A stretch of 38,393 nucleotides of DNA from a virus. A model generated the notes under the pieces. It did not search any database, had not been told where the DNA came from, and saw only the letters and a list, made by a program, of their open reading frames with translations. This document shows positions 6,009 through 29,083 of the stretch, piece by piece; position 1 is the first letter of the stretch, and the number at the start of each line of letters is the position of its first letter. Position numbers and translations under genes: made by a program. The stretch is from IMG/VR virus record IMGVR_UViG_3300045988_107305, positions 1-38,393 of that record; one strand, written 5' to 3'.

Positions 6009-8562
6009 GTGTTACATCTCCTCTCGGTTCTCTTTGATATTTATAATCATCGCCATAGGTACTAGTTGTAATTAACCCATCAGTATAACTTGTAATTTCA
6101 TCTGTCCAGAACTCATCTTGTTTTGTTACAAACATCGCAGTCTTATCTCCGACTTCTGGCGGAAATTTCTTTGTATAAGCCCTAGCGAATCGGACGTGGT
6201 TTATTTCTACGTCAGCCCCCATGTTGATAAGGGTTGATATTGTTTCGTAATCAATACATACTGGAGGTAGCACTGTTTTAGGGGTTCCTTTCCAGACAGT
6301 AAATGAAGAAATCTCATGGAAACCTTGGTCATCTAATTGTATTACTTTATATAATCCGTTTCTATATATCAATGCACTGTATAATTGAGGAATAGAAACA
6401 GCTTCATACCCCGAATAAGTTGTATTTTCAAAACTAATTTTTTGGAAGTTATAACCATCCCATAAATAACCGAAGGTAAATGTTGAGGCAGGGAAAAATA
6501 AGTATTCATTATATCCATCTTTAATGGTCATATTCCCTTGCCATTGATAATTGCTTGTGTATACTCCGAGCTTATTATCATATTCGACTTTTTGCCAAGT
6601 TTCGCCACAATCGGATGACTTATATATTTCTTCATAGTTAGCTCCGAATAAGACAAAGATTGTTCCTTTAGAAAATAGAACTTGGCTAATAAATTTCCCC
6701 ATACCTTGATTCCAAGAATCCCACTTATCACCGATCTTGCAGGATTTCCAATTCTCGCCGTCATCCGTAGAGATATAAAATCCAGCCATGGAAGAACTAC
6801 CACAAGCAACGATTGTAGGTGTTGTAACTCCATTTATATAAGTATATCCGGACTCGATATATTTCAGCTTATAATTTCCTGATATCTTAAATTTTTTAAC
6901 ATTATTGATATCTTTAATATCCTGCACAAGCACGCTCCAATCAGCATTAGCTTTATTAGTATTAACAGCGGCTATTTTCCCTCCATTATTACCATAATAA
7001 TATATTGATTTCGGCTGTGTGTTAGTACCCCAATTATATAGCTTTTGCCACGTGACAGTATTTGTGTTGTCTGATGCTCCATTATAAGAATAGACATAAC
7101 CATCTTCACTCCTGTAAAGCAGAGGATAATTTCCGACACTTACCGGAATTAGTCTATAATCTTCAGGGTAGTCAACGTCAGCATCAAATATTTCTGAGTG
7201 GGTCGAAAACAAATGATGACTTTCAACTGGCTTGTTCAATCTCCACAGTTGTAGCTCCATTGGTGTTGGGTCAACTGTATTTGTTTCAACCTTTGGAATA
7301 ACAACTGTACATTGAGCGCCGACTGTTGCAGGTACACTCTCCTTAACTTTACCCATCTTTGTAGTAGAATTTGTATAAGAATATGGAACAAGATAATTGC
7401 CATCAGATGCTGATGTTATAGAAAATTGTAAGTATGTGCTACCTGACTGCAGCAAAAATGCCCTACTAAAATCACTAGAGACCATAAATTGCGATGCTGT
7501 GTCTATGTATAAACCAGAAACATTTAAAATAGGACTTCTATCAATCCACATACCATTTATATATTGACAACAAACACATTTTCCAGTACTTGGAATATAT
7601 GCTGTAAATATGCCATATTGTTCATTCCAAAATGGATTGCAATTAGTATCAAAGCATTCTTGCATTGCACTTGGAAAATTTTCTTTACTATATGTTGTAA
7701 CGGTGCCATTTTCATATTTAAAAGCTAATAAAGCTGATGTTGGGGTATCTGCTGGTTTGCTTACTTGTCCAAAGATAATGCCATTGGACATTCCGCCAAA
7801 GATTGACTTGCAAGGCAATGAAGTTGAATTTTGAGATAATGAATTATCACCAAAATCTATTGTAACAATAGTTAAAATACTATTTTTAGCCACAACAAGT
7901 ATATTACTTGATATACTATACCCACCATATACGTCTTGCATTGCATAAGATATATTGTCGTCAAACACGGCTATATCATTTCCTGTTAATTTGTCAATTT
8001 TGTGTAGATATCCGTTGTCGAGATAATATTCTGAGTTAGCTGCATTATAGCCATTCCCCCAATACAATCCTTTTTCATAATTCAAAGAAGAAAATGCAGT
8101 ATTTGAATATAGATAGCCATCTTTATCTATGCCACAAAAGCGTCTTGGATAACCAGAAACACTACCAACTTGAGAAGCTATATAAGTATTATCTGATTCA
8201 TTCAATGTAGCTGTAAAGATTGTATTTGGATTATATGCACCAGAACTATACAATAAAATATCAGGTGCAACACAATAACAAGAAGCTAGATCATTGATGT
8301 TATATGTGGCAACTTGAGCCGTATTATCAACTCTTTCATTATAATGAACCCAATCTCCTTGAGTTAATGCTTTGGATGTATAATTATAGGCAGTAATTTC
8401 TTCACCACCGCCAGAACCCCCACCAGTTGTAATACTTGCGATTGTATTCGGCAAATTCTCACTATTTTCAGTGGTTGGAAGTGTTGCGCCCTTGGCACTA
8501 CATTCGGCATAACTCGCCGCGATGTTATTTTTTATTCTTGTTATTTGGTCTGCAATACTCAT
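6001..8562 (-). CDS. large tail fiber / receptor-binding protein with Gly linker and BNR (Asp-box) repeats
   Basis: 853 aa; GGGSGGGEE linker after about 45-aa N-terminus; S-x-D-x-G-x-T-W motifs (STDDGENW, SSDCGETW). Confidence 0.55.
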   Translation of the reverse strand: MSIADQITRIKNNIAASYAECSAKGATLPTTENSENLPNTIASITTGGGSGGGEEITAYNYTSKALTQGDWVHYNERVDNTAQVATYNINDLASCYCVAPDILLYSSGAYNPNTIFTATLNESDNTYIASQVGSVSGYPRRFCGIDKDGYLYSNTAFSSLNYEKGLYWGNGYNAANSEYYLDNGYLHKIDKLTGNDIAVFDDNISYAMQDVYGGYSISSNILVVAKNSILTIVTIDFGDNSLSQNSTSLPCKSIFGGMSNGIIFGQVSKPADTPTSALLAFKYENGTVTTYSKENFPSAMQECFDTNCNPFWNEQYGIFTAYIPSTGKCVCCQYINGMWIDRSPILNVSGLYIDTASQFMVSSDFSRAFLLQSGSTYLQFSITSASDGNYLVPYSYTNSTTKMGKVKESVPATVGAQCTVVIPKVETNTVDPTPMELQLWRLNKPVESHHLFSTHSEIFDADVDYPEDYRLIPVSVGNYPLLYRSEDGYVYSYNGASDNTNTVTWQKLYNWGTNTQPKSIYYYGNNGGKIAAVNTNKANADWSVLVQDIKDINNVKKFKISGNYKLKYIESGYTYINGVTTPTIVACGSSSMAGFYISTDDGENWKSCKIGDKWDSWNQGMGKFISQVLFSKGTIFVLFGANYEEIYKSSDCGETWQKVEYDNKLGVYTSNYQWQGNMTIKDGYNEYLFFPASTFTFGYLWDGYNFQKISFENTTYSGYEAVSIPQLYSALIYRNGLYKVIQLDDQGFHEISSFTVWKGTPKTVLPPVCIDYETISTLINMGADVEINHVRFARAYTKKFPPEVGDKTAMFVTKQDEFWTDEITSYTDGLITTSTYGDDYKYQREPRGDVTLG

Positions 8563-8574
8563 TCTTAAAACTCC

Positions 8575-9063
8575 TTAAATAAAACTTCCGGCAATTTTCT
8601 CTACACGGACAACTCTTGTAGTCCAACCTTTGCCAAATCTTTTAAATCCTTTTAACGTTTGTAGAAAATCTAAACGTGCTTGACTGTATTTTTGCACAAT
8701 TTCATCTTTTTTGCAACTGTTCGCCGCTCCAAGCGTTGCATTTCCTATTTTACCGTCAATCGTTACGCCTAAGCACTCTTGCAACACTTTAACAGCTCTT
8801 GAACAACCACTATTAACTGCAAAATCAAAAACCATAAAAGACAAACAATCAGGTAGTAAATCGCATTTACACCTCGTCCAGTAATCACGATAATAAATAT
8901 CGCGTGCTTGACACATTGTTAATGATGGAATGTCTAACTCTGGATATTGTTTTTTGCTAATACCGTACTTTGTTTCGCCGCCGGTATCTTTTTTATCATC
9001 AACATATCCGCCCTCATTAACCATCAGCATATCAAAGGCTTTATTCCACACTCTAAACGTCAT
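8575..9063 (-). CDS. endolysin, glycoside hydrolase family 108 N-terminal domain + peptidoglycan-binding C-terminal domain
   Basis: MLMVNEGGYVDDKKDTGGETKYGISKKQYPELDI matches GH108 signature EGGYVxDPxDxGGxTxxGIT. Confidence 0.85.
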   Translation of the reverse strand: MTFRVWNKAFDMLMVNEGGYVDDKKDTGGETKYGISKKQYPELDIPSLTMCQARDIYYRDYWTRCKCDLLPDCLSFMVFDFAVNSGCSRAVKVLQECLGVTIDGKIGNATLGAANSCKKDEIVQKYSQARLDFLQTLKGFKRFGKGWTTRVVRVEKIAGSFI

Positions 9064-9373
9064 CTTTTTTTATCCTATCAATAATTATTTCAGGGTGTTC
9101 CGTTGCCCTGTTAAATACTGCGCTTATAAGTAAATAAATCTTTACGGCGAAAAAGCCTAGTAGACCAGCTAAACCATATCTTGCAGGCTCGCTTATTGTT
9201 TCTTGCCATTCTTCTAAAATAAGTCCGCCGGCGGTTGAAAAGATGAACACAATTAAGCCTTCTCGGAACGTCTGCCAAATACTAACAAAAGGGCGTATAA
9301 AAGCCGTCAATATGGCAATAAATACGCCAACGATTGAATAACTTGTTACAATTTCCTTGAAGTCGTTAATCAT
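9053..9373 (-). CDS. holin (three predicted TM segments)
   Basis: 106 aa, three hydrophobic helices, charged C-terminus, directly upstream of and overlapping endolysin start. Confidence 0.6.
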   Translation of the reverse strand: MINDFKEIVTSYSIVGVFIAILTAFIRPFVSIWQTFREGLIVFIFSTAGGLILEEWQETISEPARYGLAGLLGFFAVKIYLLISAVFNRATEHPEIIIDRIKKDDV

Positions 9374-9377
9374 ATCT

Positions 9378-9812
9378 TTATACCCCTCTTAAAGACGTTT
9401 CCACATCGCCGATTTTATCGTTAATTGCTGAGACTTGCGTATTTAAGCCGGTTACTTGCGTACTTACCTCTGAAACAGCACTCAATACAGCGTTGTTATT
9501 ATCTCCAGCTTTATCTTCTTCTGTAACGGTGATTAAAGAACAAGTCATCTCGCCGGCACCGCGAACGTATAAATCCTCGCCAGTCGGAAGATAATTAAAA
9601 TATTCAAAAGGCATTACAACATTACCCTCGTTATATCTTTCTCCCAACTCTGATTCGGATTCAACCAGCATTATTTTTTGATTACTCAAATTCTGTAAAA
9701 CGTATCTTTTTTCTGGATTAAAAGTAAATGGAGCGCCTTTATATTCGCTAATTAAACTTGCGAAATTATGCCAAACATCACCATCTACCGGTAAAGTACA
9801 AATATGTGTCAT
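9378..9812 (-). CDS. tail fiber-associated protein (shares C-terminal IGDVETxL motif with adjacent fiber)
   Basis: C-terminus ...DKIGDVETSLRGV versus fiber ...[13 protein letters not shown]. Confidence 0.35.
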   Translation of the reverse strand: MTHICTLPVDGDVWHNFASLISEYKGAPFTFNPEKRYVLQNLSNQKIMLVESESELGERYNEGNVVMPFEYFNYLPTGEDLYVRGAGEMTCSLITVTEEDKAGDNNNAVLSAVSEVSTQVTGLNTQVSAINDKIGDVETSLRGV

Positions 9813-9834
9813 CTCTTAAACTCCTTTTTTTATA

Positions 9835-14898
<5,064 letters not shown>

Positions 14899-14902
<4 letters not shown>

Positions 14903-15435
14903 TGTTGCTCCTTTACTTGTACTTCACCTAGGCTTACTGTATCAGAATCACTATCAGACACTGGATTATAACTGCTTAAACTTTTAACTTGCACAAAACG
15001 CATTGTAACTTCAAATTGACTGTAATTGTCTATATTTTCGGGTATTTCGTAACTTGCAAGAGTGTAACCTTGTCTTAATGCCGCCTTTGTCTGGATATCC
15101 AGTTCATAAATACCGCTTTTATAATGCTCTAACTCTGTTCTTGTTTTTTCAACTGTTTCAGCCTTAGCTGATACATCTTGTCCGTATCTGTTACCAATAA
15201 AAGAAGCACGGCTAATTATGCCGATAACGTCTAAGGTATCAGGATTGTCATACTTATAATCAACAACGCTTATACCTTTTTCAGTTGGATAGCTTGTAAC
15301 ATTGCTTGAAGCTTTAAAGCTAACTTCATCAATGGAATCAAAGGTCATAACGATTTCGCCTGATTCGCTATCACTAATAACATATAACGAACTATATATA
15401 ACTTTTGACGGATTTCCTATACTACTTAAGCGCAT
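14899..15435 (-). CDS. tail protein (DNA-circulation-like position after tape measure)
   Basis: position only. Confidence 0.3.
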
Positions 15436-15436
15436 A

Positions 15437-16945
<1,509 letters not shown>

Positions 16946-17063
16946 TTATACGTTACAAATTCATTTTGGCGGCGGACAATTAAAACAACTTGCATTATAT
17001 AATAATCCGCCAAATCCATTGTTTTAAGGTCTTTTAGGCTTACTTTATCTTCTAAAATATTGC

Positions 17064-17453
17064 CTATGCCGTTGCTAACTCCGAAGTCTTTGTATTCCAA
17101 ATATTGCCGAGAGTTTTCATCAACGGCTGGAAGAGCGCAGAGTTTTGAATAAAAACCTGCTGAAACTTCAAAACCTCCGCGCCCAACTCAATTACAGCCA
17201 AAGGATTTTGAAAAATGGAATTACAGTCAGACACACTTAAACCCTCTTTTACGACTTTATCGCCTTTTGCGTCCAACATATCAACGAGTGGTAACAATTC
17301 GCCTAATAATTCGCGGATTTTAATGTTTTTAGCAATTAAATTGCCCGCTAATTTATCAGCTAAGTCCAAACCCCTCTCTACATCAAATAAATGTAGCTTA
17401 AAGTAAAGTTTGTTTCCCATATCGTTAATGCAGATTTTTTTAGTGTTTTCCAT
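17064..17453 (-). CDS. tail assembly chaperone
   Basis: 129 aa between tube and tape measure; -1 frame open through the 135-nt gap to TMP start. Confidence 0.5.
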   Translation of the reverse strand: MENTKKICINDMGNKLYFKLHLFDVERGLDLADKLAGNLIAKNIKIRELLGELLPLVDMLDAKGDKVVKEGLSVSDCNSIFQNPLAVIELGAEVLKFQQVFIQNSALFQPLMKTLGNIWNTKTSELATA

Positions 17454-17465
17454 TTTTTAGCCCCC

Positions 17466-21639
<4,174 letters not shown>

Positions 21640-21687
21640 TTAGTAAGTTTTTAAGTTAGGGCGGAGCGCAAACCCCGCCTGAGCCGA

Positions 21688-23234
<1,547 letters not shown>

Positions 23235-23244
23235 TTACTCCTTG

Positions 23245-24456
23245 TTAAATATTAAAATTCTTTTCTTCTTTAGTTTCAGAATAATCATAACTGAAACCAT
23301 TGTCAACTTTGCTACTGATTGAAGAACAAGCCTTTAGCATTGCGCTTAATTCAGCAGACGATTCTTTGCCGTTCAATTCAACGCCAAGATGATTTAACGC
23401 TTTAACGTACATATCTTTAGCGGTCATACCAAACGGATTAAAATCACCAATAACACCACAAGCGGCATTATATGCTTTAACTTTTTCTTTTTCAGTTTTA
23501 GCATTTTCAGCTTTAATAGCATTGGCAACTTTAACAGCCATAGCATTCATAGACTTAGCATCTGTTTTAACTTCTTCTTCGTCTTTCTTGTCTTCGCCGT
23601 CTTCATCTTTATCTTCATTCATACATTTATTGTCTGCGGAAGTTTCCGAATCATTGTAAGCCAATTTTCCAGCCTTCTCCATAACTGTACGAATAATCTC
23701 GTCATCAACTTTATCTTTTAGAATGCCGCCAATTTCATCAATCAAAGCTCTTTTGTCAACAGACTCATTTTCTGTAATTGATTCTTCGTGAACGTCAGCA
23801 CCTTCATCAGTTTCTTTTTCCTCTTCGGCAAAAAACTGGTCAAGGTTAATTCTCTTTCCGTCCAGTTCTAAAATGGCTTCATTGCAAATTTTACCCATTT
23901 TTGTCTCCTTTATTGAGTTTAAAACACGGACAGACGAGCCGCAACGCCCTCTATCCACCAAGGCAAGATGATTGCCTTTAATATCCCTAGCAACAAAATC
24001 ATAATCCGGATTGTTTGATTTTTCAAATCGGTTATAATAAGAACTAGAAAGCTCCTCTTTTTCGTGCGCCATAATTTTCTCAACAATGTCTTTGCCGGTA
24101 AATTCAAGCGGAACATATAACATTCCGTTTTCAACAAAAACATTTTCGCCGGTACTTCCTACCTGATAATCCTTAGCATCTTCGCCTTCATCGCCAAGCC
24201 AAGTATGGTCGTCAGTAATAGGCTTTAACTTAAATGTACTAGCGCACTTATTTAATTCTTCTTCTGGTATAAATACTTTATAAACTTTATCGGGGTCAAC
24301 TTTTACGCCGTCAACTTCACTTTCGCCATCGCTTAAAAGTTCACTACCATAATATTCTAAAATTCCGCTTTTAAGTATCGGCGACTTATCAACAAACAAA
24401 TAGCCGTTGTCATCTAAGTGTCTTTCACTCAAAGCGTTTTCGATTTTATAAAACAT
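23245..24456 (-). CDS. scaffold / prohead protease-like protein
   Basis: 403 aa with highly acidic K/E/D-rich C-terminal half, upstream of capsid. Confidence 0.4.
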   Translation of the reverse strand: MFYKIENALSERHLDDNGYLFVDKSPILKSGILEYYGSELLSDGESEVDGVKVDPDKVYKVFIPEEELNKCASTFKLKPITDDHTWLGDEGEDAKDYQVGSTGENVFVENGMLYVPLEFTGKDIVEKIMAHEKEELSSSYYNRFEKSNNPDYDFVARDIKGNHLALVDRGRCGSSVRVLNSIKETKMGKICNEAILELDGKRINLDQFFAEEEKETDEGADVHEESITENESVDKRALIDEIGGILKDKVDDEIIRTVMEKAGKLAYNDSETSADNKCMNEDKDEDGEDKKDEEEVKTDAKSMNAMAVKVANAIKAENAKTEKEKVKAYNAACGVIGDFNPFGMTAKDMYVKALNHLGVELNGKESSAELSAMLKACSSISSKVDNGFSYDYSETKEEKNFNI

Positions 24457-24509
24457 TATTAAACCTCTTTTTTTCTTTTATATTAAAACATTTTTTAACG
24501 TTTTGCAAA

Positions 24510-25427
24510 TTAACCCCTACTTTTTATAATTTCATAACTTCCATCAGGCAAGTGTATCGGCTCATAGCCTTGTAAAATCCATACTGGACGGGCATCACAA
24601 CGGCAGTTAGGGCGTTGGCTTGGAATTCCCCTATGCCCGTATGCGTCAATTATCGGATAGTATTGCGGCTCGTTCCAAGCATAAATTTTCCCGTCAAGCT
24701 GTTTATGCCCACCTTTACCTGTTGACACTCTTTCGTCCCCGGCGGTTTTCCACATAAAAAACTTAATACCGGCGGATTTTTGACTTAGCATATTCAAAGC
24801 CTGATTAGTCTTTGCCGTTTGGTCTCTTGCAATTAGTTTAATTCTTCTTGCACTGATTTCCGGTTGGTGTTCTAAGCCTTTTATAATTCCACGCCAACCC
24901 TCGCCGTTTGTCATACCATCATAAACAATATTCTCAATATTTGTTATTGTTTGGCTTGCCACATTTGTTATTAACTGAACATTTCGCTGTAAAATCAATT
25001 TCAAATCTTCATCATAGCCTTTGTCATACTCAATAGATATTTGTTTTCCGGCAAGTTCAAAAATGGAATCTCGAACCGATTTTTTCGCATTAGTCTTTGC
25101 CAAAGCAAGCCATTTTTCAATTATTCGATACATATTACGTTGGTATATTTGAAACTTCCGCTTTTTAGCTTTCATCAATATATCAATAATAGCCGATTTT
25201 GAACGTGTTTTTTTAGCCGTGGAGTTATCCGTTTTAATAATCGGGTAACTCTGTTTCAATTCATCAATAAGCGACTGTATAAACTTTCTAGCTTCTTTGT
25301 CGGCGGCGTTACGATAATAAATATCAGCCTTTGAGTTTTTAGTGATACCTTTACCAACTAAAATACCCATTAACGAATTGGCTCTTAAATTAGCCCACTT
25401 CTTTTTCTTCCGGCTTAATTCCATCAT
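24510..25427 (-). CDS. head morphogenesis protein, Mu F / SPP1 gp7 family
   Basis: C-terminal PSQRPNCRCDARP motif (HPxCRC signature of Mu F-like proteins); follows portal. Confidence 0.7.
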   Translation of the reverse strand: MMELSRKKKKWANLRANSLMGILVGKGITKNSKADIYYRNAADKEARKFIQSLIDELKQSYPIIKTDNSTAKKTRSKSAIIDILMKAKKRKFQIYQRNMYRIIEKWLALAKTNAKKSVRDSIFELAGKQISIEYDKGYDEDLKLILQRNVQLITNVASQTITNIENIVYDGMTNGEGWRGIIKGLEHQPEISARRIKLIARDQTAKTNQALNMLSQKSAGIKFFMWKTAGDERVSTGKGGHKQLDGKIYAWNEPQYYPIIDAYGHRGIPSQRPNCRCDARPVWILQGYEPIHLPDGSYEIIKSRG

Positions 25428-26889
25428 CTTTGCCTTGTTCTAATTGTTCATAATCTTCTAAAGATTCCGTTTCTACGTCAAAATCCATATTATCCAAGTG
25501 GAAGTCTTTATATTGCTTTAACCAACTCAAAACATCTTCCGGTTTAACTCCCATTTCAATGAATGAACGGGCAACTTCAACATAACTTCTTAGCTGTTCA
25601 GCTTTTTCTTTTTCGTCCGCAACTTCTAAAGGATTGAAAATATAATCATTAAACAATCTAAATTTACCATCAGTCATAGCACCATAAACAATGCCATACA
25701 TTTTAATAATGTTCTGTTTAATTTCTGATTGTATCGTCCTTATTCTATCGTAAAAATTCTTGCGCTCACCCTCAAGGGTACCGGATAAACCTTGCGCCCC
25801 TTTACCCAATAAAATTGACAATGTAATATCTGTTTTACTTGCAATAATTTGATAAAAGAACTCGCAAACTTCATCCATGCCCGCTAAAGAAGTTGTGAAC
25901 TGTTGAATTGTTTCGGTATCTTTCAAAGGATAAATACTAAAATTATCTTGCACTAAAGACATTGCTTCCAATCTTTGTCTAAAATTCAACGCACCCGCAC
26001 CGGTAAAATTCTCGCTCCCAGTCTGTAAATAAAGATTTCTAAAACGATTCACTAAGTTTGCCAAACCTTGACTTACTAAGTTGGAGTTAGCAATATCCTG
26101 TTTAATTAAGGTCGTTAATGGCATACCCAAATACATACACATAGGACGCATAACAAGTTCAGGTATATTTTCCTCAAAAATTAAGAAATGGCTAGCGTGA
26201 ACATTGCCCAAACCGATAACATACCACATACTAGGCTTCATATAATCAGGTTTAGCCGGCTCTGTTGTATTAACATTTACAGCAGTAATATTAAGTGGGT
26301 CTATTTGTCTGAATCCTTTAAAGTTTTTCATATTGATTTTTGCAAGGTCTAACGGGTCTTCAAGGTTTACCGAATCACCAAAATCCATATATACCAAGCA
26401 ACCACCAGATACAAAACTACTTCTTACGGCTTTACGCAAAGTATTTGTAACGTTATATCTTGTATCAGCCGTCTGTAATAAGTCAATTTCATTATCTGTT
26501 AAATCACCAGCCACTTGTCCACCATTAGCAAAAGGCGTATTGGATAAAATATTAAAAATCTTATTAAACAATGGGTCTTGAGCTAGCGCATAGCACTCAT
26601 AATAATTAACCGGCTGATAATTATACACACTTAATTGTGCGTTACCATATCCGCTATTTACCGATTGTAGTGGGTTTATCCATTGGTTTTTAATTTTAAC
26701 GCGGTGTTCGTTGTAAATCTTGAGCCCTTTTTCCGCGCCAAAATCTTTCGCTTTTCCCTCTAATCGCACTCGCGCCAACGTCATCGGCTCATCAATCTTA
26801 AACTCTTTCTTTTGTTTCAAATCCTCAAAAGCAGAAACATTAAAAACTTCTGCTACTTGTTTTGTTTTTCTTTTAATCCAGTTAAACAT
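25390..26889 (-). CDS. portal protein (Mu gpH-like)
   Basis: 499 aa between TerL-proximal gene and Mu F-like gene. Confidence 0.6.
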   Translation of the reverse strand: MFNWIKRKTKQVAEVFNVSAFEDLKQKKEFKIDEPMTLARVRLEGKAKDFGAEKGLKIYNEHRVKIKNQWINPLQSVNSGYGNAQLSVYNYQPVNYYECYALAQDPLFNKIFNILSNTPFANGGQVAGDLTDNEIDLLQTADTRYNVTNTLRKAVRSSFVSGGCLVYMDFGDSVNLEDPLDLAKINMKNFKGFRQIDPLNITAVNVNTTEPAKPDYMKPSMWYVIGLGNVHASHFLIFEENIPELVMRPMCMYLGMPLTTLIKQDIANSNLVSQGLANLVNRFRNLYLQTGSENFTGAGALNFRQRLEAMSLVQDNFSIYPLKDTETIQQFTTSLAGMDEVCEFFYQIIASKTDITLSILLGKGAQGLSGTLEGERKNFYDRIRTIQSEIKQNIIKMYGIVYGAMTDGKFRLFNDYIFNPLEVADEKEKAEQLRSYVEVARSFIEMGVKPEDVLSWLKQYKDFHLDNMDFDVETESLEDYEQLEQGKDDGIKPEEKEVG

Positions 26890-26913
26890 TAAAGAGTCCT
26901 TTCTTGTTTTATT

Positions 26914-27771
26914 TTAATCTGTTAATAATTTTTTATAATATTCAGGCTTATAATAAAATGCTGTTTTTAACACTTCTTCTTCTTTATCTTCTCGGCTTTT
27001 CTTTGCAAAAAAATCTTTAATCCGTATTGAGGATAGTTCGAATAATTCATCGTCAGACATTTTATTTATTTTAGAAGCTGCGTTTTTCTTAAAATCATCA
27101 AAAAGAATTGACCTTTTAATCCATTCTTGTCTTTCTTTTTTCTTCAAAGTTTCAGGAATCCAATAATCACCAGTTGCTTCTTTATACCTTTCTAGCAAAT
27201 CTTTCTCTGACAAACTTTTATATTTAGCCCAAGCCTTATTTTTTAACTCATCAAAATTATGCTGTTTTTTATTATATTCAGATACTTCATTTAATGCATC
27301 TTCATCAATATCTTCTATATCGTAAAAATCTGTTTTAGTCATACTTTTGCCAACATGATGCCACTCTGACGGCTCTATAAAACCTTTTAAATTCGATTCT
27401 TCGACATCATAACCTTCCTTTTTAAGCTCTCGCACTATATCTTTTGCTGTTCCTAAACCTTGACTTCTTGCGATAGAGGCATTAACACTTTCGCCCCCGC
27501 TTTCAAGATAGCCACTGCCGATTTTTCCAGCCGAACTTAAACGCTTACTTAAAGCCTCAGAACTGAGTTCTTTTGTTAATCTTTTTTTAATTCCTGCTAT
27601 ATCTAATTTTGATTCATTAGATTTTTTATCACTAGAACCGCCTACACCATCGGTAAATTTTCCATCTTTATCTCTCGGGTGTTCACTTTCTTTAAATTCG
27701 GCATTTATAACAAATTTTCCGTGTTTTTTATCCACGGTTATAACTTTATTGAAAATCTTAATTTTAAGCAT
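26914..27771 (-). CDS. hypothetical K/E-rich protein with EHPRDKDGKF motif
   Basis: ORF between TerL and portal. Confidence 0.4.
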   Translation of the reverse strand: MLKIKIFNKVITVDKKHGKFVINAEFKESEHPRDKDGKFTDGVGGSSDKKSNESKLDIAGIKKRLTKELSSEALSKRLSSAGKIGSGYLESGGESVNASIARSQGLGTAKDIVRELKKEGYDVEESNLKGFIEPSEWHHVGKSMTKTDFYDIEDIDEDALNEVSEYNKKQHNFDELKNKAWAKYKSLSEKDLLERYKEATGDYWIPETLKKKERQEWIKRSILFDDFKKNAASKINKMSDDELFELSSIRIKDFFAKKSREDKEEEVLKTAFYYKPEYYKKLLTD

Positions 27772-27823
27772 TGAAAAAACTCCTTTTTTTTTAGACTACT
27801 CGAAACAAATAAAAAAGTCAATT

Positions 27824-29083
27824 TCACGAAAAAGCGCGAGCGAACGCTTCCCAATCTTCAGTTACATACTTCCGCGCAACTTTTAAACTATACAAAAGGC
27901 AGTCTACAATATCATCATGTTCATCTTGCTTTCCACCGGTAAAAGCCTCGCATTCTCTTTCAAATTCCGGCAACCACGCCGCCGAATCAGAAATAAAAAC
28001 ATTCCCCGAACATAAATCAGCCTCAATTTCTAAGAATCTTGTATACTTATCAGCAACAACATCTTTTTGAAGCTGGATATTATGAACCGTTGGATATAAT
28101 TCCATAATCGGCAGCCCTTCACTTCTCAATTGTTGCGTAAGACTTATTCCGCTTGCCTTATTCTCAATATAGACGGACGACAACACATTATTCTTGCCAT
28201 AGGTCGCTTGCGCTTTAAGATAAAAGCTTTTTAAATCTCGGCACAAGTCGACGAAGCCGACTTTTTTTGCATACACATCTAAGATATATTTATCTTTTCC
28301 TGATATGCCCACCAGCATAAAAGCGGAGTTGTCGGCAGATTTTTTTTCACTAAAAGCAGTGTCGCAAACAATATACAAACCGTTAAAAACTTGCGGCGGA
28401 ATTGTATATCGCTTAAAATAAGCCATCTTAATAAGATTGCCAGCTTCAGCGTTTGGAATCCCAAGCCATATATGCTCATATCGTGGAAAATTAAGCTTTT
28501 TACACGTCTCCATTTCATTGCGTAACACTTCAGGGAAGAAAGGATTGTCATAATAGTTCAATTGAACCGCTATACAATCTTTCGGCGGTGATATAACAAA
28601 CCGCTGATATGTTTCATCACTTTTCATATTCGGATTAAACGTAACCCATATTTCAGAACCTTCCTCCCGTATTGTAGGTATAAGAACGTCCCAGCTTTCA
28701 GCCGTTACAGATTCGGCTTCTTCAACCCAACAATAATCAAGTCCTTGCATTGATTTTATTTCAGCAACTGAACTTTTTAAACCTTTAAAAATAAATTCCG
28801 AACCATTTACCCCGCGAATGGTATCAAGTGTTATTTCAAAAAAACTATCAAACCCGTATTGACTGATTAAATCCTTTAATAATTTATAAACCGAGTCTTT
28901 AATACTACCCTGTATTTGTCGGGTGCAAAGTATGCGAACCTTTCTTTTTATTGCAATCAAAATAAGGCATAACGCAACGTTAACACTTTTTCCACTGCCC
29001 CGTCCGCCATATAACACCTTGTATCGGCTCTTATCTTGAAGCAAAAAAAATGTCTTTTCCGGTATGCTTATTTTTTTGTCCAT
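27824..29083 (-). CDS. terL: terminase large subunit
   Basis: Walker A YGGRGSGKS near N-terminus, 419 aa, acidic nuclease-like C-terminal half. Confidence 0.85.
   Translation of the reverse strand: MDKKISIPEKTFFLLQDKSRYKVLYGGRGSGKSVNVALCLILIAIKRKVRILCTRQIQGSIKDSVYKLLKDLISQYGFDSFFEITLDTIRGVNGSEFIFKGLKSSVAEIKSMQGLDYCWVEEAESVTAESWDVLIPTIREEGSEIWVTFNPNMKSDETYQRFVISPPKDCIAVQLNYYDNPFFPEVLRNEMETCKKLNFPRYEHIWLGIPNAEAGNLIKMAYFKRYTIPPQVFNGLYIVCDTAFSEKKSADNSAFMLVGISGKDKYILDVYAKKVGFVDLCRDLKSFYLKAQATYGKNNVLSSVYIENKASGISLTQQLRSEGLPIMELYPTVHNIQLQKDVVADKYTRFLEIEADLCSGNVFISDSAAWLPEFERECEAFTGGKQDEHDDIVDCLLYSLKVARKYVTEDWEAFARAFS

Noticed and set aside
28279-28551. Nested ORFs inside terL (28279..28551), capsid/scaffold genes (22197..22541, 23919..24143) and other same-strand alternative frames
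   Set aside because: Embedded in strongly supported genes in other frames, no independent signals.
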